A stretch of DNA of 64,000 nt from Eledone cirrhosa (lineage: Eukaryota). Below the pieces are notes generated by a model that was not told the DNA's origin, searched no databases, and saw only the letters and a program-made list of their open reading frames with translations. Positions 53,773 through 64,000 of this stretch are shown here, piece after piece. Location: assembly GCA_964016885.1 (NCBI GenBank), contig OZ024741.1:230392001-230456000 (forward strand), in the 5' to 3' direction. A program made the position numbers and the translations under genes. Each line of letters starts with the position of its first letter. Within the stretch, counting starts at the first letter, position 1.

Positions 53773-56700
53773 GCTTTCTTTATTAACCACAAGGGTTTAC
53801 ATAAAGTAGACATTAAGGACAGTACATGACAATACAGGACGGTACAAATGGGCATTTCTGCGTGTAAAAAACAAGAACAGAGGATATAACAAAAAAATAA
53901 CAATGAAAAATTCCCCAATACGGGGAGACTTCCGAGGGACATTCGTGGAGGAAGCCCATTAAAAATCCACAGTAACCCTGACCACCAGGGCAAGTGCCCT
54001 CTCCCAGTTTTCCACTTTTAATTTACAAACACATACTCAGAGTAGGCCCATTCACTCGGGTCATTCTTGCCACTCTCACCCATCTTTCAACAAAATGCTG
54101 GGAAGAGAGCACTTCCCTCTCTACCCTGATTTTCCTTTTCAAATAAAATTTGAAAAAGTTAATCAGGGCATCACCGAAGAGGTAAGTGCTCGTCTTAAGC
54201 CCTTTCAAACGTATCCACCATACTATCTCTTTCGCCATGGCCACCAGACAGATAAAAACTGCCTGCCCTTGCCAGCTAAAGGAAGAGGGCGGGGCAATCT
54301 TCACGATGGCCTCAGCTGATAGCTGGATCCGTCCTACACACGACAGCAGGTGTTCGACATAAACCTACAAGTCAGCAATGCTCGGACACTGGACGAGTGC
54401 GTGCAGGACGGTTTAGTGTCCCTGCGCCGCTCCTGTACAGTTCAGCAAAGTGTGTTGAAAAGCCTCACACATCTGCTGGAGCAACACGCACCCGTTTTGA
54501 TCAGACAAAGACCGAATTGTAGCTTTGTTGCCACGCCGTGCCTCTGCCACCCGGGCCCATTGGACGGTTTTCGTGCCCTCGTGTTTCAGAGCACGCGCTC
54601 TAGGTCTGACAACGCAGTAGACGTCCGCCAAGAGGCCTCCGAACAAGTCTGGGATGTGTATGTAAAGTTCATAGATTTACCCCTTGTGCAGCCAGTCATA
54701 GCCTCCCGTACTTCAGCGGCTGTTATCGGCTTTTCGCAACACTCCGGCTCAGTGGCCGAGAGCCACGGCAGTCCGTCGCGGTAGGCACTAAAGTTCATCC
54801 ATCGGTCCGGTCCGCCGATGCCCCCTAACAATTGAGCGAAGTGTCACTGAAAAGCTTCACACATTTTCCCGGGATCGAGTAGCATGCGCCCGTCGTGGTC
54901 CACCAAAGACCGGATCGTTGGTTTGTTGGCACGACGCGCCTCCGCGACTAGGGCCCATTGAACGGCTTCGTCCCCTCGTGTCTGAGAGCACGCACCCTAG
55001 CTCTGACAACGCAGCCTTTGTGCTTTGCTTTGAAGAATTGTTCAAGGGCCAATTTCGGCGCAAGTACGTCGGTCACGATGTCTTTACTAAGCGCCTAGTC
55101 TAATTTTCTAACTAGTTCTCGCTCTGCTCTATTTTTCTCTATTGCTAAATCCTTACTAAATCTAATGGACTATATTCTAATCGCTCTATTCAAACCACCA
55201 TTTGTTGTTGACGATGGCCCCCGTCAACGCCCGCTTACACTCTAGTTCGCTAATCCTGTCTCTGTAGGTCTTGCGCGCTGTTAATGACGCGCTTAGCTTC
55301 CAGTAGCCGGGTCCCTGTCTATGAAGCCTATCTAAGTCAACCTCACAAATCACGAATTTGTGGTCCGTGTAGTCGACTATTTTGAAATGTGGACAGCCTA
55401 TGCTAGACCTATCTATTTCCATACAAAATACCCTATCTAGATATAATGTGGATGACCCGTTGCGGTTTGTCCATGTCCACATTGGCATATTCGGGAAATC
55501 CAGACGGTACCTCTCAGACAGTTGAAACCGTCTGAGCAGGTTTGCGAGGCTTTTATACCCTCCCACCTATCCGCTAATCCCACACAGTCCCAGCGTGCAT
55601 CTAAGATCCCGTTCCAGTCGCCCAGTAACACTAAAGAGCGGGACGTTCCAAGAAAGGTCTCCAACAGACCGGAAGAAATCAGGCCGCCCTGCTGCTGTCG
55701 AGGCATAGACGGCCACTATCCTGAAAGCTTGCCCGCTGGTCAGGTTGAGCACCACCAACTTACCTTTTGGGTCCAGGAAGAAGTATGGCGAGATCCAAAC
55801 CTCTCCTAAAAAGCACAGCAAATCCTCCTCTCGATCCAGGGCGGCTGGGAGATGCGTACACATCGTAGCGGCCGAAGATCGGTGCGAAGGCTCGTGCTTC
55901 GGAGGTTCTGGTCTCGTTGATGGCCACCACATCTATGTTTAGTGACCTGATGTCGTTGAGCAGGTGGCCCTGCTTCCATGACGACCCAGACCACGCGCAT
56001 TTATGCTGCCTATTCTGAGTGAGGTCATGTTGAACATGAGTGGGAAAAAATGGGAAAGACCACTTACCTCACTTCTCGTAGAGGAAGGATGGTTTCTCCA
56101 TCCTTTTCACTGCTTGTGGCCTCCTCCGGAAAGATGTCTTTATAAATCCTCCTGGAAAGTGTTTGTCGGAAGTCTCCGATGTCCTTGGGGAATTTTTGTT
56201 TCAGTGTCGTGTACGTTTTCTGTGTGATGCGAGTGATTTGTATGTGTGGAGGTGGTGTGAATTTTTCGGGGGTTGTGTACTCTTTTTCTGTGATGCTGGT
56301 GTTGTGTTCGATGTAGTGTAATAATTGATTGTTCAAAGTTAATGCTGTGTAGTGTGTATCGTATTGGTTGTTTCGTTTTGTTTGTTGTGGGTTAGTTTGT
56401 TTCGCTTTTTGGTGATTTTTGTAGCGTTGGTGATGGTGGTTGTGGGGTTAATGATGGTCTTGGTGTTGGTGCTTGTGGTGATGGGGCTGGTGATGCTAGT
56501 GTGGGTGGTGGCATAGCTGTCTTAATTTTTTTGTTTATTTGCTTATCTGTTTCCCCCTGCATTTTGTTTCTGGAGGGCGAAGGATGAGGATTTTTTCTTT
56601 TTTGGGTTCTTTTTTTCTTTTCCTTTTTTCGTGATACCATTTCCCACTCCTCATCGTCACAATCTATCTCCAGTTTGGATAGGTCGGGGAGTGGAAAATC

Positions 56701-58240
56701 CTCCACAGGCGTTGGTTTTGGTTGTGGCGTGGTGGATGATGGAGTCGCTGGTGCGAACTCTGGCGCGGCGGGTGGTGGTGGTGTTGGTTTTGCTACTGTT
56801 GCTGGGGTTGTTGCTGCTACAGTTACTTCTGTTGTTGCTGCTACAGTTGTTGCTGCCATTTCTGCTGCTGGTGGTGTTGATGGTTGAGTCACTGGGGTGG
56901 GTAGGAGAGGTGGCCTCAACTTTTTAGCCTGGGGGCAAAAAGCCTTTAGGTGGGTTCCTTCTCATCAAACAACACACCTAGGCCTTAAACCCTCAACGAT
57001 TACGGTGAGGTGGCTGCCGTCATTGAGGGCTATGCCCTCTGGAATTTTCCTCAATGTTTTTCTGGTCCGCTTGGATCAGGAGCTCCAAACTAAATCCGGA
57101 CCAGTTCTCCTGCTTTTCTTTTGTTGGCTCAATTATTTTCGTGTTGGCCTCGATGCCGGCGAGGGCGGCAGCCATTAGCCAGGGAATTTCGATGGCCGGC
57201 GGAACGAGGGTCACCCTGATCTTCACGAGTCTCTGACCACAATAGCTTGGGAGAGTGTGAACTCGTCACTTCTTAATGGGGCCATGGAGTGCTCTCTGAC
57301 TTCCTATGGGGTTCCAAAGAACACGTCCACGGTTCCATATTTCTGCCCACACATGTCCCAAAGCTTTTTGTATCTGGGACTCGGATGCCCGTTCCACTCG
57401 GCGTGACTTTGTGTTTATCGTACGATATGACACGGTGCATAGGCGCCGATGCTCCTATTTATTAAATGGGGGGGGGGGGGCTGTCCCTGTACCCATCTTT
57501 TTTACCATTCTCTTGGCTTCATTTAATTCATCCTGGCTTACCTCGATTGTTTCGCTTTTCTTGGCTGCTTTGTCAAACGCCACATTTTGTTTTACGCTGG
57601 TGTTGATGTTGTTGTTATTTTCATTGTTGTTGTTGTTGCTGTATTTGTTATTTTTGTTATTGTTAATTCTAGTCTCAATTGTGGTGGTGGTGGTGATGGT
57701 GGTGATGGTGGTGGTGGCTTTAGTGGTGTTCGGCGTGGAAGAGTTGATTCTGGGTGAATACATTTCGATGTCACGAGATAATTTTTTTTGTTGCTGTTGT
57801 CGCTGTGGTAGTGGTGGTGGGGGTGGCGGTGGCGGCTTTAACACCTGCAGTTATTTTTAATGGCGGGAAATGAATGTCTGCATGTGACAAATGTATATTA
57901 TTGTCACTGCTTATATTTTTAGTGTTGGCAAACATAGTAATGACTACAATGGTGGTGTTGGTGGTGGTGGGATGTGTTGGTTTGTTAGGAAGGCTGTCAG
58001 CTTTGTGTGGCTGAGTGCGGTCCATGTTTTTTCAAAGAAAGTTTTTGTTTGATAATTATAAAAGTTTAAAATATTGGGCTCAAGGCCCCAACATTCTTTA
58101 CTGTCCTTTTCAGAAAGCAATATATGTGAACTTTTTAACACTTCACAACAAACATTTTCCTTAACATGCAATTTGAAACAACTGAAAGCAACAAACCTTT
58201 GCGGAGCTCACGATAATACGATTTCCTACGTAGGTCTCCA
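53773..58240 (-). mobile_element. Tx1/L1-group LINE with ORF1, APE endonuclease and most of RT deleted
   Basis: APE motifs LLGDWN, YLDRVF, TDHKFV; C-terminal FWQGQAVF..LVAMAK..VW..R..G block; Pro/Thr-rich ORF1; bounded by (AAT)n on both sides. Confidence 0.82.
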
Positions 58241-58255
58241 ATAATAATAATAATA

Positions 58256-58794
58256 AAACAGCAATTGGAAATCCCCAGCAAAAAACAACATTTTTGGATA
58301 AATCCCTTCAGAGTCTCATGAGCTGTTAGCCCAAATTTACAGTGAAATGGTTAAGGAGCCAGAAAAGATACCATCATGGCTAGTTAACGGCATTACATTC
58401 CTGCTTCCGAAGAATGATGAGACAAACAATCCCCAAAATTAAAGAACGATAACTTGCTTGACCACAATGTATAACATTTTAACATCAGTTCTAACTGAAT
58501 ATACATATGATCACCTGATAACAAATGATCTATTTCCCATTGAGCAGAAAAGATGTAAACCAGGCTCATATGGCTGTAAAGAGCAGCTTTTGGTTAACAA
58601 AATGATACTGGAAGATTGTCATAATAGACACAAATATCTATCAATTGCTTGGATAGATTACAAAAAAGCATTCGATAGTTTGCCACACAGTTGGATTGAA
58701 AAATGTTTAGAGATTTTCAAAATATCTCCCGTTGTCAGGAGGTTCCTATCATTCAGTATAAAGACATGGAAAAGGACACTCCTTTTCAATAGTG

Positions 58795-58825
<31 letters not shown>

Positions 58826-60639
58826 CTGGGAGCTGGAGAAGTTAATATTAATTTTCAGGGTGACTCTTTATCCCCACTTTTATTCTGCATCGAATTATAC
58901 AATTAAGTAACATGCTCAATGAAACCAAACATGGATATAAAGTCTATGACAAAACCATTAACCACTTGTTCTACATGGATGACCTGAAACTAATTGCAAA
59001 AAATGATGAGCTATTGCAAGGGCTATTATTGACTGTGAAGCAGTTCAATGATGACATTAAAATGGAATTTGGACTAGATAAATGCGCCAAAGCAACGTTC
59101 ACCAGAGGAAAGCTGCTGAAATGTTCAGACATTAATCTTGATCAGGAGAATGTGATAAGAGAACTTGATCAAGAAGAAACATACAAATATCTACGTGTTT
59201 GTGAACGAGAGGGAATCAAGCACTCGAAAATGAGAGAAAGGATAAGGAAGGAATGTTACCGCAGAGTAAGTGTTATCTTAAGAACGAAATTGAATGCAAA
59301 GAACAGAATCGATGCCATAAACACGCTTGCCATACCAGTAGTAACCTACAGTTACAATGTCATCAACTGGTCAAGCACAGAGATCCGTAGGCTCGGTATA
59401 AAAATTAGAAAATTCTTAACCAGGCACAGAATGGATCACCCTAAGGCAGATACAGATAGAATATATCTCTCTTGGAGAGAAGGAGGACGTGGGTTAAACC
59501 AGTTAGATATTGCTACAAAACTGCAACAATGGGATTATCTACATATCTATGGGAATCACATGATTGGATGATCAAATTCGTTTTGAAACACGGAAGCCTC
59601 AAAAGATCATACTCCATTACACAAGATGCACAAAAATACAGCAATGGACTACAAATTTCAGAAGTTCCATTTACTGCTGAAATGAAAAACACAGAAAAAG
59701 CAAAGCAGGTAAAAGTAACTTCAAAGAAATAACTGCTACAGAAACTGGCTAAGAAATGGCAAGAAAAGCCTTTGTATGGAAAATACCCAGGAAGAGCTAA
59801 CAATCATGATATTGACAAAACTTTACCCCATCATTGGTTGGCATCCTCTGGACTGAAATCGGAGACTGAAGGACAAGATCAGTGTCTGCCAACAAAAAAT
59901 TACCAAGCCAACATAATAAAAAATGGATGCAACCCATTATTCCGTGTAAGTAAAAAACAACCAGAGACCATTGATCATATAATTTCAATAGCTCCAACTG
60001 AATACCTAAACAGGCATGACAGAGCTATACAATACATACATTGGATAATGTGTAATTATTTCGACCTGCCCCATCAAAATAATTGGTGGGAGCATCAACC
60101 AACTCCCGTACTTGAAAAAGGTAACATCGCATTATTGTGGAACTTTAGCATCCAAACAGACCGAAAAATAGATGCAAATAGACCTGATATAATTCTGAAG
60201 GACTTTAAAAGGAGGGTATGCCTGCTAATTGATATGTCCGTTCCAATAGACAAGAATGTATCGATAAAAACATTTGAAAAATTGAGCAAGTATAAGGACC
60301 TGTAGATAGAAATTGGAAAATTGTGGAAATTGAGAACTAAAACAATACCAGTGGTTGTAGGCGCTCTAGGAATGATACCCAAGGGGTCTAATGATTACTT
60401 ATCGCAAATCCCAGGAAACCCGCGAATAGGAGAAATACAAAAGATAGTACTAATGGGAACTGCTCATATATTAAGGAAGATTCTCTCAATAGAAGTCCAT
60501 CACAGGTCTAAACACCTAAAGATGCATGTGTGTGTATGTGTGTTCTTTCTTCAACATGGCGGACCTTGTTGTCTCTTGAGGTCACAGGTTGTGACTTGGT
60601 GATAACTCTTATGAACATAAAGCAAGATCAATGCAACTG

Positions 60640-60640
<1 letters not shown>
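58256..60640 (+). mobile_element. R4/Dong-like LINE, 5'-truncated
   Basis: AWIDYKKAFDSLPH, HLFYMDDLKL, FGLDKCA, RPDIIL, KYKDL, IPVVVGALG, GTAHILRK. Confidence 0.92.
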
Positions 60641-60671
<31 letters not shown>

Positions 60672-60684
60672 TATATATTATTAT

Positions 60685-62118
60685 TAATGATATATGTATG
60701 CAATTTGGTATTAGTAAGTGTGGAGTCATTGTGATGAGGAGGGGTAAGTTGAGCAGAAGTAACGGAATCCAGGTACCAACGGGTGAGATGATAAAGGAAA
60801 TTGACTCTGAAGAAGGATACAAGTATTTGGGCGTTCTGGGGGCTGATGACATCAAGAACAAAAAAATGAAGGAATTGATAAGAACTGAATACATTTGGAG
60901 AGTAAGGAGCGTATTAAAATCACATCTGAACAGTAGGAATTCCATAAGTGCAGTAAATTCCCGAGCTGTGTCTATTATTAGGTACAGTGCGGGAATTCTG
61001 AGAGGGAATGTTGCCGAACAGAAAGAAATGGATAGGAAGACTAGGAAGCTATTGACTATCTACAACATCTTCCACAAGAGGAGTGATGTCGATAGACTCT
61101 ACTTAAGGAGATCTGAGGGTGGAAGAGGTCTTATCAGCATAGAGGACTGTGTTCAGATGGAGAAAAACAACCTACACAAATACGTGACTGATAGTAAGGA
61201 GCCAATGCTCGGAACTGTAAAAAAGGAGGGGACAATAGGCCAGGGATGTCCAAGGTGGAAATAACATCAAGGAGAAAGAGAAGCCTTCAGGAAAAATCCC
61301 TTCATAGTACCTTCTTTGAGAAAACTGTATTTAGAGATCCACAGACATGGAACTGGTTGAAAAGAGGAGACCTTAAAAAGGCTACAGAAGGAATGTTAAT
61401 GGATGCGCAGGAGCAGGCCCTCAAAACGAAGTGGTTGAAACACTATATTTACAAGGAGGAGGCGAGCCCACTGTGCAGGATCTGTGGAGAGAGAGAGGTG
61501 GTGTGGCTCACATTGTATCCGAGTGTAAACACCTAGCCGAGACTCACTATAAAGGCTGGAGACATGATGTGATGGGCAGAGTGATCCATTGGTACCTGTG
61601 CAAAGTAAACAATTTACAACATTCTGAGAAGTGGTATGAGCATAAGCCAGAGTCGGTGATAGAAAACGATCAGGTGAAGGTGCTGTGGGATTTTAGGATA
61701 CAGACGGACAAGAAACTGGAACACAATAGACCTGACCTAGTGGCTGTGGACAAAGAAAAAAGATCGTGCCTGATTGTGGATGTGGCCTGCCCATTCGACA
61801 CGAGAGTGCAAGAGAAGGAGAGGGAGAAAATTAACCGATACCAGGACTTAAAGTGGGAGGTAAAAAGGATTTGGAACTGCCATGAAGTCAAAGTGGTCCC
61901 GATTGTCATAGGCGCACTAGGTACTATCTCAAAGAGTTTCCAAGGATGGTTAAAGAAAATTGGCCCAGCTTTTTGGAACACTTCAAAAGGCATGCTTGCT
62001 GGGAACAGCAAGAACCCTCCTATACATCCTGAATATCTGAGGCTGCAGGTAGTGGCTTGATATTCATTTCAACAAACTTTCCAGTTAACTAACATCAATG
62101 ACTGAGACTCAAAGAACA
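60685..62118 (+). mobile_element. R4/Dong-like LINE of a different subfamily
   Basis: MQFGISKC, YKYLGV, GGRGL, CRICGE..HIVSEC, NRPDLV, IVDVACP, PIVIGALG; (AAT)n on both sides. Confidence 0.9.
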
Positions 62119-62146
62119 ATAATAATAATAATAATAATAATAATAA

Positions 62147-62198
62147 CTGTTTCTAATCTAGGCACAAGGCCAGCAATTACCCAGTGCATTACTGGTAT
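62147..62198 (-). mobile_element. SINE 3' stub (copy 8) within (AAT)n
   Basis: tgtttctaatctaggcacaaggccagcaattacccagtgcattactggta. Confidence 0.75.
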
Positions 62199-62216
62199 TT
62201 TAATAATAATAATAAC

Positions 62217-62570
62217 AATAAGGCAACTCTGAAGAGAGGGAATTTAGTGAATAGCAATAATATCATGTTAGATAATAAGAGAACTAGATCAAACTTAAAC
62301 ATACAAATACGTAGGAATCAACTAGATAATATTCAACACACACAGATGAAAGAAAAGATTAGAAAAGAATACTACGGAAGAATGAGTTTAATACTCAATA
62401 CTGAACTAAATGCAAAGAATAAGGTGATTGGCATCAACACTTTAGCAGTCCCCGTAATGAGCTACAGCTTTAACATTTTGAACTAGATACTAAAAGAATT
62501 AGCTGCAATTGATAGAAAAACAAGAAAAATAATAACCTCATTTAGAATACACCATCCAAAATCTGACTAA
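62217..62570 (+). mobile_element. R4/Dong-like LINE internal fragment
   Basis: MKEKIRKEYY...TELNAKNKVIGINTLAVPVMSYSF. Confidence 0.8.
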
Positions 62571-62599
62571 GAATGGTCCCCTACCATGAACACAGAGGA

Positions 62600-63900
62600 A
62601 ATATGCCTTATGCAATACTCGAACACTCGATGGTTGTGTGCAGGATATTTTCGCCACTCTGCGCACATTCCTGTCTGACTCGGCAGACGGTAATTCCATA
62701 CCTGTAGAGTTTATCTCGTACTGCTGGCAAAATTCCCCTGTAGCACTGCCATGGGTTTCGGACTAAAAGTTCTCTTGAAACGTGTCGATACTTGATTTTC
62801 CTCGACCCATAGAATCTCACGAAGAATGTCGCCATTTTGATTTGTAACTAAACCTCTCTATATAACTAAGGTGTAGTTTCTGCCGATTGCACTGCCCAAT
62901 TGGCTAAGGACTGTGAGCGCTTGGAGTTATTCGATTTTCCAAGCGCTTCTTTTCAGTCTTCGCTTGACCTAGGACCTCAGCTCTGTTAAAGAGACGAACT
63001 GTGGAAAACTGCGTCTAGCAAGCTGTGACAACGTCTATTCCCCGTCGAGGTAGAGATGGAGATGACATAGCCTAGAGGTATGTTTGAACATCGTCAAACA
63101 TCGTTTGTTTGTAGTAAATCAACCACCTGTCCATTCGCACGTTTTCCTTCCCAAAAAAGTGAAAGAGCAAAATCCCCAGTGCGGTCAGATGTGGACCCAG
63201 CCAAGGCACGGTGGTCAGTCCGTAGAGACGTGATGTACGCGTTCACAAACTCTGGCCGACCTTTCAGGGATAGCTTCCTCTCAGACCATTACTGGGTAAG
63301 AATAGCCACCCTGCTCGCTACCTCCTCCATGTCTTTGTCCATTTGAAGCTCTGGACCAAATCAGTCTCGAGAATTTTAACAAATCACTCCATCCAGCGCC
63401 TAATAACGTTGTTGCAGTTGTCTCTACGGGCGCGAAGCCGCAGACCCACCGACTTTTGATGATTCATTTTTGCCTCTGTTGTCGCTACGTATTCCTCAAG
63501 AGGAGTGTAGATCAACTTAAAATGTTTCCTGTTTGACACTACTATTGTGAGATCATCGGCATATGCTGATACAGATCTTTCTCAACCTAGTTCGTGTCGG
63601 GTGCCCCTCAACGTCTCCAATCTGTGGAGGAGTGACCCGAGAATTAATATGTACAACAGAGATGCGAACCTAACGCATGATGTTGAAGCGTTCCGACAGG
63701 TAGCCGTTCACTATAATCAGTGAAGAGATATCGCTGTGCATTGCAGCAATCCATTCTCTGAATACCTCTCTGATGCCCGCTGCCTTGAGGACTACCGCCA
63801 GATACCGATGGTCAACTCCAGCGTAAGCTTTCGACTAATCTAAGTTGATCAGGGCCCCCACCCGTGTCCGGTCCCTTAACCACCCTCTAATATGTATCGT
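62600..63900 (-). mobile_element. Tx1/L1-group LINE RT fragment, decayed
   Basis: LINLD..KAY, AYADDLT, LPAVRDKLYRYG, ENILHTTIEC. Confidence 0.75.
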
Positions 63901-64000
63901 ATTTGGGCAATTTGGAACATGACAAATTTCTAGGGAAGATGAAACGAAATGTGAATAAGTCTATCTAAAAACCTTAGGACTGCAATGGATTTTATCTAAC

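Overview
This is AT-rich animal (eukaryotic) DNA, most likely from an octopod cephalopod; that assignment is inferred from the Nin-domain tRNA-SINE, the piggyBac-type MITE and the LINE repertoire. The window holds eight minus-strand exons, all with phase-1 boundaries, of a large extracellular protein: a divergent N-terminal module, an EGF repeat, an F-type lectin/F5-8-type-C-like domain and three more EGF repeats (MEGF10/SREC/RPTP-ectodomain-like). Both gene ends lie outside the window or were not found. The introns are filled with transposable elements: a 16-kb composite of tandem Helitrons with a nested Gypsy element, Penelope-like elements, RTE, CRE, R4/Dong and Tx1 LINEs, SINEs and long microsatellites. 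The least expected signal is a set of hammerhead-ribozyme motifs. One sits at the centre of a perfect 196-bp-arm palindrome, one has a complete three-stem fold inside a 592-nt terminally repeated unit, and a pair with reciprocal lesions lies in the inverted arms of a Penelope-like element. All calls were made by eye; no alignment, folding or database search was run.
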